DNA of 64,000 nt from Candidatus Latescibacterota bacterium (lineage in GTDB: Bacteria > Latescibacterota > CBDEFO01), in the NCBI GenBank assembly GCA_965248755.1, contig OZ252149.1, forward strand, positions 1,920,001 to 1,984,000, written 5' to 3'. This document shows, one piece after another, positions 41,960 to 51,554 of this stretch. Made by a program: the position numbers and the translations under genes. How positions within the stretch are numbered: position 1 is the first letter of the stretch; each line of letters starts with the position of its first letter. Under the pieces are notes generated by a model. It was not told where the DNA came from. It searched no databases and saw only the letters and a list, made by a program, of their open reading frames with translations.

Positions 41960-43672
41960 CTACGGACTACTGTCTACTTTCTTTTGGGTCCACCAGGTAA
42001 AATCCACGTCCTCAAAGAGGCTGTCCTGTTTCTTACAGGACTCCAAGAATGCCTTATCTTCGTCGGTTATTTCTTTGTTCTTTTCGGCCATATCACAGAG
42101 GCGTTTGAAGTTCTCATAGTGCAGACTTGTCCTCGCCTCAGCGTAATTCCTTGCGTGCCATGTGCTGATTAAAAACTGCCAGTCACTGCTTTGCAAAAGG
42201 AGGAGTTCCACAGCCGCCTGGTCTAATATCTCTTTTAGTTGCCTGTTTTCCGTCCCTTCGAATTTACCAGCCAGCTCTTCGAACCTTTCTTCTGCCTCGT
42301 AGATGTACTTCCACGTCCATTTGGTCCAATCGTTCAGCCATATATAGTGAAATCCTCCTTCGCCCCAACTGCCTTCAGGTATGTGCACAACCGCTTTGGG
42401 GCTGTGACTTTCAAGGTACTCACCGCAGGTGGCTAGGTCAATTTGGCTATCGTTGTGGAGCTTCTTTAGGACTCTGTAGATCCACCTTGGACCCTCAAAC
42501 CACCAGTGACCGAAGAGTTCTCCGTCGTAGGGAGCGACTATGATCCCTTCGTCCTCATTGTAATCGGATAGTATCCCCTTAGCAAGCTCCACAAAGTGAT
42601 CGGTTTGATTTTCCAAGATTTCATCTATCCTTGCTGGCTCGTACTCTTGTTTGTCGCCTAAATCAGCGTTAGTGTCTGTTACCCTCCAGTATCTGTGTCC
42701 TCCCGGAAAGTGTTTTTTGTGAAAGTCCAGATAGTCGCCGTCCCCCGGATAACCCGATTCACCGCTCCAGACCTGAAGTGCTGTCTTTGGGTCTCTGGCA
42801 AATATGGCGACAGGCTTGTTCCCTCCCGGCGAACTTGCCAGATAGTAGGCGTAAGGTGTTTTTTCTCTATCCTCCTCTTTGGGCTGATAAGATCTGGCGA
42901 ACTGCTCCCACAATCTCTTGAGGCCCTCAAACCTGTCTATATAGACGCCTACAGCTTTCCCTCCTCTCAGAAGGTGCGAATCTATTATAAAATACTCTAT
43001 CCCCTCATCGAAAAGGAATTCCTCCACTCCCGCTCTTAAGGTTTTCTGACCTCCGCCCTCTTCAAGGGGCGATGCCCACTCGTATCTGGGTCTGTAAGCG
43101 CACTCTGGGAGCCAGATCCCTCGGGGTCTTCTCCCGAAATGCCTTTCGTAGGTAGTCACTCCCCCTCGTATCTGAGCTCGTACCGAAGAATCCCTCCCCA
43201 GAAGGGGGAGATAGCCGTGTGTGGCAGCCGATGTGATGATCTCTATATGCCCGTCGTCCTGGAGCTTTCTGAACGCGCTTGTGATGTCTGTGTTATATCT
43301 GTTCTCAAAATGATCTCCTACCCTCTCGTAGAAGTCGATCCAAAATTGCGCAAGATACGCTTTGTGACCGTCTCCGTATCTTTGGAATTCATCCCTATCG
43401 GTCTGAGCCGACTCTATCTTCTGCTTAAGGTATTCCTCGAAGTTCTGCTTGAATCTTCTGTCCTTAAGCTGCTCGCATAAAACCGGGGTCAAGCCCACTG
43501 TGATCTTGGGAGAAATGCCTTCAGCTTCAAGGTCGTACAGCGCATCCAGGACGGGGATATAGGTCTCCGAAGCGGCCTCATTCAGCCAATCTAAGCCGTG
43601 AGGCCATTTTCCGTGCGATATGACGTAGGGAAGATGATTATGCAAAACCAAAGCGAGATAACTTTTTGCCAT
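41960..43672 (-). CDS. GH57 1,4-alpha-glucan branching enzyme (DUF1957)
   Basis: LHNHLPY, ETYIP, ATHGYLPL, GIWLPECAY, PYDGELFGHWWFEG and QSSDWQF. Confidence 0.92.
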   Translation of the reverse strand: MAKSYLALVLHNHLPYVISHGKWPHGLDWLNEAASETYIPVLDALYDLEAEGISPKITVGLTPVLCEQLKDRRFKQNFEEYLKQKIESAQTDRDEFQRYGDGHKAYLAQFWIDFYERVGDHFENRYNTDITSAFRKLQDDGHIEIITSAATHGYLPLLGRDSSVRAQIRGGVTTYERHFGRRPRGIWLPECAYRPRYEWASPLEEGGGQKTLRAGVEEFLFDEGIEYFIIDSHLLRGGKAVGVYIDRFEGLKRLWEQFARSYQPKEEDREKTPYAYYLASSPGGNKPVAIFARDPKTALQVWSGESGYPGDGDYLDFHKKHFPGGHRYWRVTDTNADLGDKQEYEPARIDEILENQTDHFVELAKGILSDYNEDEGIIVAPYDGELFGHWWFEGPRWIYRVLKKLHNDSQIDLATCGEYLESHSPKAVVHIPEGSWGEGGFHYIWLNDWTKWTWKYIYEAEERFEELAGKFEGTENRQLKEILDQAAVELLLLQSSDWQFLISTWHARNYAEARTSLHYENFKRLCDMAEKNKEITDEDKAFLESCKKQDSLFEDVDFTWWTQKKVDSSP

Positions 43673-43697
43673 TAAAATCGTCTCCTAACCTTAAATG

Positions 43698-43826
43698 AGT
43701 AGACAGGCAAAAGCGTAGCCACAAAGACACTAATGTTTTATCTCTTTGTGCATCTTTGTGTCTTGGTGCCTTAGTGGCTAATGGGAGGTGGTGTCCCTGT
43801 TTACTGACTACTGTCTACTGTTTACT
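43698..43826. repeat. Heptamer inverted-repeat element containing a nested 9-mer (CTTTGTGxx) inverted element
   Basis: agtagacag at left and ctgtttactgactactgtctactgtttact at right; inner tagccacaaagacactaa...ctttgtgtcttggtgccttagtggcta at 43716-43780. Confidence 0.7.
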
Positions 43827-43829
43827 ATT

Positions 43830-45188
43830 TTATACTTCTTTTTCCTTCCATTTGCCTCTCTTGAACCAGTATATCATTAACGACCCTCTAACAATCCCTG
43901 TGACGCTGATGGCCCACCAGACGCCGTTTATGCCCAGGGGGATCGAAAAATAATGTGCAAGGGGGATTCTGGCTATAGTCAACGGAACCGAAATTACGGT
44001 TGGCGGGATAGTATCTCCCGCTCCTCCGAACGCTCCCTCCAAAACCGATTCAATTCCCATGAAGATCTCCGCGATTGCGATGATCTTTAGATAATTGGAG
44101 CCAATTCTTACAACTTCCGAATCCGATATAAAAATCGAGATAATGTAAGCCGGCAAGGTAAGATATATGACGGCGAAAAAACCGTTTATTACCGAAAGTA
44201 TGCCACAGGTCTGCCAGGCTGTGGACTCTGCTCTTCGGGGTTTTCCCGCTCCCATGTTCTGTCCTACCAGAGTCGAAACTGCTGTGGAAAACGCTATGGC
44301 TATCATGTAGGATATAGACTGGACCTTATGTCCTGCTCCGAGAGCCGCTACTGCCTCTGTCCCGAATTTAGTTGTGATTTTGGTCAAGAACATGAAGACG
44401 ATGCATATCAAAAATCCCGCTACAGCTACCGGTATGCCTATCCTCAGTATCCTCCACATCAACTTCAAGTCGAGCTTTTTAGCGCCAAACGATATTGGGA
44501 TTGTCTTGGCTCTGCTCAAGAGGATGTAGAAAGCCACGATGATTCCTGCCGCTCTGGAGATGACAGTAGCAAGGGCGGCCCCCGCCACTTCCAGCCTTGG
44601 AAAGGGTCCCAGGCCGAAGATCAAAAATGGGTCCAGTGCGGCATTCAAAAGGACCGACATAAAGAGCACTTTCATAGGAGTCTTCGTATCACCGCTTCCC
44701 CGAAAGATAGCATTTATCGTCGTAAAGAGGAAGATCGTTGAGACTCCCCCAAACATCGTGCGCAGGTACCCTGTACCCATGGAGGTTACATCTTCGGCAG
44801 TGCCCATAAGGTCAAAAAGAGAAAAGCTGAAGTAAAGCCCCAGAGTCCCCACGATCGCAGAAAATATGACACAAAGGAGTAACCCATGGCCGGCCACGTA
44901 GGAAGCCGTCTTTGTGTCCCCTGACCCTGTAAACCGCGCCACCATTGCTGTTACTCCTACGGCGATCATCTCCGTCAGTGCAAATACGCTCCAGACTACG
45001 AATCCGGCAGTGCTGACAGCCGCCAGGGCAGCCGGACCCAATCTCCCGACCCAAATGGCATCTACTATATTGAAGGCGGTCTGAAGGAGCATAGAGACCA
45101 CGATGGGCCATGCTAAAAACACTATGTTTTTAGATATGTTCCCTGTAATTAGTCTGTTATCCGCAGTCTTTTGCAATGTTTCTTGCAA
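43830..45188 (-). CDS. MATE-family efflux transporter (start uncertain)
   Basis: FNIVDAIWVGRLG, FRGSGDTKTP, NAALDPFLIFG, GAALATVISR and VGQNMGAG. Confidence 0.92.
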   Translation of the reverse strand: MQETLQKTADNRLITGNISKNIVFLAWPIVVSMLLQTAFNIVDAIWVGRLGPAALAAVSTAGFVVWSVFALTEMIAVGVTAMVARFTGSGDTKTASYVAGHGLLLCVIFSAIVGTLGLYFSFSLFDLMGTAEDVTSMGTGYLRTMFGGVSTIFLFTTINAIFRGSGDTKTPMKVLFMSVLLNAALDPFLIFGLGPFPRLEVAGAALATVISRAAGIIVAFYILLSRAKTIPISFGAKKLDLKLMWRILRIGIPVAVAGFLICIVFMFLTKITTKFGTEAVAALGAGHKVQSISYMIAIAFSTAVSTLVGQNMGAGKPRRAESTAWQTCGILSVINGFFAVIYLTLPAYIISIFISDSEVVRIGSNYLKIIAIAEIFMGIESVLEGAFGGAGDTIPPTVISVPLTIARIPLAHYFSIPLGINGVWWAISVTGIVRGSLMIYWFKRGKWKEKEV

Positions 45189-45429
45189 AGCTTCTTTCCT
45201 CTGTTTATAAAGAATATTTGCTGTATCTTCTTTGCTTGATAGTCGACTCCCTGTCTGATACTTTGTCGCATCAAATAATAACAATGGCTGAAGACAAAGT
45301 CAATCGAAATGCAGAAACATTCCACAAATCCTTAAGTACAGTTGACCTCTGGCAAGATCGGGGCAGCTTTAGGAACACAATTCATAAGGAAAGGTTGAAA
45401 CGCTCTTCATAAGGAAGATTAAGATGTAG

Positions 45430-45650
45430 TGGCATAGAGTGTGGCCACTGCAAGCTGACGGTGCGTGAGGAATTGCCGGGGCAACAAAAAGGTCGTAGGT
45501 GACCTTGCCATCCCCGATCGATTCTATCGGGGAAGAACTTTTTGGGGGACAAAGGAATTGGAGGTCTTAAAAAAAGCCGTGGCAGATGATAAAAGCGGAA
45601 AAGTAAAGATCACTGTCGAAAATGAAGGTGCTCCTGACGCAGATCTAATT
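45430..45650 (+). pseudogene. Gene fragments (HMA-like CGHC segment, then a short ORF carrying a 21-bp hairpin)
   Basis: SGIECGHCKLTVREELPG; hairpin 45512-45532, whose removal restores LAIRTFW. Confidence 0.3.
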
Positions 45651-45700
45651 GGAAATCTGAACACGCACGATATTCCCAGCAATTCTAGTGCCGGACGAAG

Positions 45701-46675
45701 CTAGGTGATTAGCTGATTTGCAAGCTCACGGTACTTCCCGGCGAGTGTTGGAAGCCTCTGTGTGTCACGTTCAATCATCGACGCGACTTTGGGCTGCACC
45801 GTCAATCGATCTTCGAGGAATACAGAACTGCACGCTTTACGAAGGTAATTAACGAATCCAAGCTTCAAGTCTTCGCGCGTCAGTGCTGCTCGCTTTCTGT
45901 ACGCGTGTATGAAGTGAGACGCCTTTTACACGTTCGAAGGGCCAAAACCTGAATTGAAGCACGCAAGCATTATGAACATCACCACATCCTCGACTGCGTG
46001 ACCAGTCCGAACGTGTTCGAGGTCAAGCAGGGCGGTCACATCACCATCGCTGTTGAATAGCAGGTTCTCGTTATGGTAGTCACCATGGATTAGCGTGGAT
46101 GACCCAACCGCCATATTTTCAGCTTCTCGAAGTCTCGTCAGTATTTTCGACTTAATCGTCAATAAACGGGTGACGAGATCTGCACTGTCTTTCCGTTGGA
46201 ATTTCCGCAATGTTCGATGCAAGCGTCTAATTGCGGTCGAATGGTCTGTGCGCTGCTGATCCGAAGACTCAAGACGCAGGCAAGAGTACCCGCGGAGCTC
46301 GTGCAGCTTGACCAAGAGTCCTGCAGCTTTGCTGAGCGAGTTCTGTGTTAGCGAGCGTTCGTGCAGCGTAATGCCAGGGACTAATGGGTAAAGTGCGTAC
46401 AGTCTTCCGTGAATGACAGCATGACGGCCACCGGTGACGCTTTTAACAGGCTCAACAAAAGGTATGTCGTTGTTCTTAAGGAATATAGTAACTGCCTCAA
46501 GTCTCAGTGCCCTTGCTACTGAACCCTGATATCGTTTCAGAATAAGCTCACGCTCACCACATCTGACGACGTAGTTTTCTGCGGATACGCCACCCGCATA
46601 CTTAACGACACTGATGTCCGAGGTAGCGTATTTCTCGCACAACTCCCGCATTATACTGTGGCCCAAATATCTCAT
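45701..46675 (-). pseudogene. Aminoglycoside-phosphotransferase/homoserine-kinase-II-like protein with in-frame TAA
   Basis: GGVSAENY, IHGDYHNENLLF and LDLE; frame continues about 74 codons after TAA 45926-45928 to TAG 45701. Confidence 0.75.
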
Positions 46676-46800
46676 CGTGTCCCTGCGTTCGCGAGGATCA
46701 TCTCGGGGACACGGCATTCCCTGGCCATGGCCCACTTTCCGCGGTAAACTCCAAGATCAAGTTTCTGATCTAATATGCGACTTCTCCCTATAAAAGCTAA

Positions 46801-47187
46801 GGTACTGCATAACTAAGGTTGCACTAATTTAGCTCTTGGACAGCTTATTGATAGAGTAGTTTTCTAATAAGTGGAAGGAGATTTTCGTGGCGATGGTTGA
46901 AGCGCCACTCGAGTTCTTTAAGATAAAGGTGGAAGTAGTTCTTGTCAATACCTCCCCGATAGAATCAATCGGGGATCGCTGGTAAAGCCAGTGTTTGGCA
47001 TATGACCAGAAGCCTTCCACTCCATTGAGGTGATCTCTTCCTTTAGCTATTCCTTTCTCTTTGGGCACTACCACATGATTGCCACTGATAGAAAGGGAGG
47101 CATAGGCTATCCAATCAACAGTATAATATAAGCTCCCTGGTTTGGTGTGTTGGGCAATAAGAGGAAGCAGTGACTTTCGACTCCTTG
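46801..47187 (-). mobile_element. IS1595-family (ISXO2-like) remnant: transposase 3' part and right end
   Basis: HLNGVEGFWSYAKHWL then, frameshifted, FHLYLKELEWRFNHR; end ttagttatgcagtacc; truncated by IS256. Confidence 0.85.
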
Positions 47188-48534
47188 GGGTGTGTAAGGA
47201 AATTTGTGTAAATGGGGAAATGAGTTATATTAGTTGGCCACCATTTACATAAGGAGTTCTTACATGGACAAGCTAGACCCGAAGTTGATTGATGAGCTTT
47301 TGAAGGACTACAAGAAGCCGGAAGACATAATTGGTGAGGAAGGTCTTTTGAAGCAGTTGACGAAGGCGATTCTTGAGCGGGCTCTGGAGTCAGAGCTTAC
47401 GTATGAGTTAGGCTACGATAAGAGTTCTCCAGAAGGGAGGAACAGCGGTAATTCGCGCAACGGTAGGAGCACAAAGGGATTGAAGACAGATTATGGTGAT
47501 CTGGAGATATCGGTGCCACGGGATCGGAACAGTCAGTTTGATCCGCAGATAGTGAGGAAGGGGCAGAGGCGATTTACAGGTTTTGATGATAAGATACTGT
47601 CTATGTATGCCCGAGGGATGACCACACGTGATATACAGGCTCATTTGGAGGAGATATACGGTGTAGAGGTGTCCCCTGATTTGATATCGACTGTGACCGA
47701 TGGGATCATATCAGAGGTGAAGCAGTGGCAGGATCGTCCTTTTGAAGGGGTGTATCCCATAGTATTCTTTGATTCTCTGGTGATGAAGATTAGAGACGAA
47801 GGCCGGATCGTAAACAAGGCGGTGTATCTTGCGGTAGGGGTCGGTCTGGATGGGATGAAAGACGTTTTGGGTATCTGGATTGCAAAGAGCGAGGGGGCGA
47901 AGTTCTGGCTGCAAGTTTTCACGGAGCTTAAGAATCAGGGGATGAACGATGTGTTGATAGCTTGCGTGGATGGTCTCCAGGGTCTTCCAGAGGCTATTGA
48001 ATCCGTATTTCCCCAAGCAGAGGTCCAGCTCTGTATTGTCCATGTGGTGAGGAATTCCTTGAAGTTCGTGTCGTATAAGGACCGTAAGGAGATTGCCGCC
48101 GACCTCAAGAATATATACCGAGCCCCCACGGTAGAACAGGCTGAAGAGGCCCTTGGAGATTTTCAGGAGGCTTGGGACAGCCGTTATCCGATGATAAGTA
48201 AATCGTGGCAGAATAACTGGTCTCGGATCATCCCGTTTTTCGCCTACTCTGAAGAGATCCGAAGGGTGATCTATACCACAAACGCCATCGAATCGCTTAA
48301 TAACTCTCTACGGAAAGTAATAAAGAACAGAAATAGCTTCCCAAACGACGAGGCAGCGATTAAGTTACTCTATATGGCACTCGAGAATATCAAGAAAAAA
48401 TGGACGATGCCGATCAGGAACTGGAGCTTGGCCATTCACCAATTCTCCATCCACTTCGAGGGGAGATTTGGTATAGAATAAGCCGAAAAGGGTACAGAAG
48501 AAAATCCCATTTACACAAAAAAACTGACAGACCC
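47188..48534 (+). mobile_element. IS256-family insertion sequence
   Basis: 29-bp imperfect terminal IRs gggtgtgtaaggaaatttgtgtaaatggg / rc gggtctgtcagtttttttgtgtaaatggg; no target duplication. Confidence 0.92.
47264..48481 (+). CDS. IS256-family transposase
   Basis: VPRDR, MYARGMTTRD, FFD, CVDGL, QLCIVH and YTTNAIES; AAGGAG RBS. Confidence 0.95.
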   Translation: MDKLDPKLIDELLKDYKKPEDIIGEEGLLKQLTKAILERALESELTYELGYDKSSPEGRNSGNSRNGRSTKGLKTDYGDLEISVPRDRNSQFDPQIVRKGQRRFTGFDDKILSMYARGMTTRDIQAHLEEIYGVEVSPDLISTVTDGIISEVKQWQDRPFEGVYPIVFFDSLVMKIRDEGRIVNKAVYLAVGVGLDGMKDVLGIWIAKSEGAKFWLQVFTELKNQGMNDVLIACVDGLQGLPEAIESVFPQAEVQLCIVHVVRNSLKFVSYKDRKEIAADLKNIYRAPTVEQAEEALGDFQEAWDSRYPMISKSWQNNWSRIIPFFAYSEEIRRVIYTTNAIESLNNSLRKVIKNRNSFPNDEAAIKLLYMALENIKKKWTMPIRNWSLAIHQFSIHFEGRFGIE

Positions 48535-48705
48535 ATCAGAAGCTATATTCTTCTGCAAAAACGCTTTGACAGAGTCTGCATCTACCAACAGTTGCTTTCC
48601 TTCCTTCTTATACACGAAGAACCCTTTTTCACAGTATCTCCTCACCTGTCTGTCGGTTTTTCCTAGAAGGACTGAAGTTGTTTCTGTAGTCAGGTATCTA
48701 GCCAT
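48535..48705 (-). pseudogene. Excisionase-like HTH protein, 3'-truncated by IS256
   Basis: YLTTETTSVLLGKTDRQVRRYC..G...K.GKQLLVD..SV; the ORF runs into the IS256 IR. Confidence 0.6.
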
Positions 48706-48757
48706 TTTTCAGCTTCCTTTCTGTGAATCCACCGGTTTCACGTTGTCTCTTTCTGAT

Positions 48758-49436
48758 TCAAAGGTTTCTAATGATGTCCTTAAAACGGTCTATCTCTCCC
48801 CCTATAAGAGGCTTGGTGAAATACGCCAACACCCCCGGGCATCCACGCCCATCCACAATACTCCGGTAGTCCTTTAAGTAGCTGAGGAAAATTATCGGGA
48901 TGTCCTGGATCGTTTCTATTTTAGACCTTTGCCAAGCCATCTTAATACCATCCAAACGGGAGAGGTCAACATCAGAGATGACCAAGGTCTGGATCCTCCC
49001 GTTCCATTACATCTAACGCCTTCTCTCCGTCCTCAACTGTCAACACCTCAGCTCCCAGTTCCTGCAGAATAGTAGTGATCTGTCGTACAGCAATCGGACT
49101 GTCATCTACGATTAGCACTTTCAACCAACTGTCTTGCAACCTCTCCGTAACATGTACTTGCTCACCTTCCGGACACGAGTCACCTGTCGGAACTTGTCTA
49201 GGGTCTCTGTCCTTACCTACAGTATTTATGATGCTTATCTCCTGTATAAGGTTACTTCTTGAACCTTCGACATCTTTCAGAACATCTGCTGTTCGGAATC
49301 GCAGTTCATCGCCGTGATCGCCTTTAACATACCTGCTTCGATATTGCTTTTTCCAAGCACGGCGACGGACGTTCTGATCACAAGCTCCTGTTAAATCAAC
49401 AGCTTCTTTCACCGTTAGCCATTTCTTGGTTATCAT
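48758..49436 (-). pseudogene. HTH plus response-regulator receiver fusion, frameshifted near 48983
   Basis: WLTVKEAVDLTG; KVLIVDDS...DGEKAL...PDL / VISDVDLSRLDG...IPIIFLS...YFTKP. Confidence 0.7.
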
Positions 49437-49488
49437 AATGTACTCCTCTCAGTTGGGGCTTTTATTACCCTGGTCTAGGGTGGATTCG

Positions 49489-49516
49489 ATGTCGTATAAC
49501 CCGAATTATACGACAT
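49489..49516. other. Perfect 11-6-11 tyrosine-recombinase (dif/xer-like) core site
   Basis: ATGTCGTATAA-CCCGAA-TTATACGACAT, about 50 bp after the stop of a tyrosine-recombinase fragment. Confidence 0.7.
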
Positions 49517-49567
49517 TCTATTTTCTCCTTTGCAATCCAAGGGCCTCATATATTAGAGAATAAAATT

Positions 49568-49795
49568 TTATTCCTCGGGTGCATCTAACCTTCTGATAAT
49601 CTCCCGCTTTTGTTTTGGGTCTGGGTGCAAATATAGGGATGAGGTTTCAATACTTTCGTGGCCCAGGAGCTCCTTAACATCAATAATGCGGCCACCGCTG
49701 TGTAATAAGCTGGTCGCAAAAGTATGCCTGCATTTGTGAGGGCTTATATCCTTCTGAATCCTAGCCTCCTGAAAGCTGACGTGAACCCATTTTTC
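49568..49795 (-). pseudogene. XerC/D-like tyrosine recombinase C-terminal fragment
   Basis: SPHKCRHTFATSLL..G...VKELLGHESIETSSLYLH (H-x-x-R, LGH, catalytic Y); 5' part replaced by an IS3 remnant. Confidence 0.85.
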
Positions 49796-50350
49796 TGAGC
49801 ACGAAATCGGACGGGTTAAGCAAGTTTTTTGCAATTTTGTGCTCCATGCTGTGCCTTGAATTCTCCAGGCGTCAGATAACCCAGTGCTGAGTGGATACGC
49901 TGATCATTGAAACCACATCCAGAAAGTGACTCAAATGCACCAAAGCGTCCTCAAAATGCACGTATTCTTGCTGCCATACTTCCTCATCCTTCAGATGACC
50001 AATCGCGCTTTCTACAAACGGGTTCTCCCAAGCTTTGGCCTTAGATGCCATGCTTATCTCGGTATTTACTTCCCCAAGCACCTTACGGTAGCCAGCCTCC
50101 GTGTATTGAGACCCCCGATCCGAATGGTGTATCTCCGGTCGGTGTCCTTTCTTGAATGCTTTGGAAAGTTCTTCTTGGGGCAAGGCACAAGACAGACTAC
50201 GACTCAAAGCCCAACCCCGTATCATACGGGTAAAGATAGCTAAAAGCAGAGCTTAGATGACATGGCAACCCCCTTTGGGACTCTTTTTAAACTCTTACAT
50301 GATTATAAAGCTTGTTAAGCCATCTGTCCAGTTCTTGGGGTTCACGTCAC
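49796..50350 (-). mobile_element. IS3-family remnant (OrfB fragment and IS-end-like sequences)
   Basis: HHSDRGSQY, AWENPFVES..GHLKDEE; end-like tgagcacgaaatcggacggg near 49796 and tgtccagttcttggggttcacgtca near 50325-50349. Confidence 0.75.
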
Positions 50351-50692
50351 TAAGAGGGTAAGATAAATCCGAAGAAAACAGCAAATTGTTTTCCGCTTTC
50401 CCTTAAACCTTCTTGCCTTCTGTTTAAACAGCTTTTTCAACCTCAATAATTCTGTCTCATTGAAGATTCTAAAGTTACTCTCGGGCTCTCTCCTAGGCAT
50501 TTGGAAGCAGCCCTGTTTCTCCCAATCTTTATAAGTGGTTCTTGAAATATGCAGAGCTTCACACACATCTTTAGTCTTGTATTTGTCCTTCTTGCTGATC
50601 TGCAAATCGTCAACAAACAGCCTGTCTTGCAGTCTGAACTCCCTAAACTTTTCATAGGTAGTAATGTCCTCGTAGTCGCTAGAACATAACAA
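50342..50692 (-). pseudogene. MerR-type HTH domain at the end of a degraded larger gene
   Basis: YKTKDVCEALHISRTTYKDWEKQG...PRR...NFRIFNE; upstream frame broken by stops and frameshifts. Confidence 0.65.
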
Positions 50693-51466
50693 CAGGATGG
50701 ATTCCTTACGCTTCTAGTTGGTGCTGGGAAACTAAACACTATCTTGAAGGTTCCATATTAACTTGCTCGGGAGATGATGCCTGAATCTTGGTAAAAAGGG
50801 TACTCTTCAGAGTTGTCGGCGGTTATTGTTAGCCCGAGCGAACCACTGCACAATTTCATTGACATTCACAATCTTATTTTGTATCTTCCTACCTAATTAG
50901 CCTATACCTTTGTAACCTTACCTTTCGAATATGATACGCATATAGAATTTTAAATTAGATCCTGACAGACATAGATTTGCTATAGCAAGTCCTAAAACAA
51001 AGACCGTTTAGAATACTGAAAAAACCGAACTTTCTGGGTAGTAGGAAGAGATCTCTAGAATCCCTCTTTTGTGTCGCTAAGTACAACAAATTAGGTAGTG
51101 TTGTAGGGACTGTGACAGAAGATATCATAATCAAATACATTTTCTCTAGTCGTGGTGGAAAAGCCCTATAGCAAAATCCAGTTTGGGTAATCTGCCTGGA
51201 AAAAGGAGGACCTGAGGTAATTTGAAGGTCCTTCAGCAGGTCGGAAGACGATGGACGGTTTACATCACTCAGGGCATATCCAAGCGGCTTGATTTGGGCT
51301 GCCTCCACTGACAACGCCTCGCTGTTGCAAAGGCCCTTGGGACCCTTTAGGGAAAAGTCGATCTTCCAAATCCCCAGCAGATAGACTGTAAGACCAAAGA
51401 TAGGAAGCACGCCCAGGTATGGCTCATTACGAATGCTAACGATTCATGAATTTGGTCATTTTTCGC

Positions 51467-51526
51467 TTGACAAACCGGTGATTCCTGTGTATATTTGAAA
51501 AACAGAAAAATAAGGTGCCTTTTCTG
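51467..51526 (+). promoter_or_regulatory. Sigma70 promoter with downstream inverted-repeat operator
   Basis: TTGACA-17-TATATT (51467-51495) then CAGAAAA-N10-TTTTCTG (51503-51526). Confidence 0.7.
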
Positions 51527-51554
51527 ATTTAGAATAGCAATTACCTGAAACCTT

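Noticed and set aside
49476..49495. gggtggattcgat resembling a tRNA T-arm
   Set aside because: No cloverleaf or CCA; the sequence runs into the 11-6-11 site.
50112..50125. ccccgatc as another 21-bp hairpin copy
   Set aside because: No second arm; it is the natural SDRGSQ coding sequence of IS3 OrfB.
50955..51410. 151-aa ORF on the - strand
   Set aside because: No recognisable motifs; probably an off-frame reading of degraded sequence.
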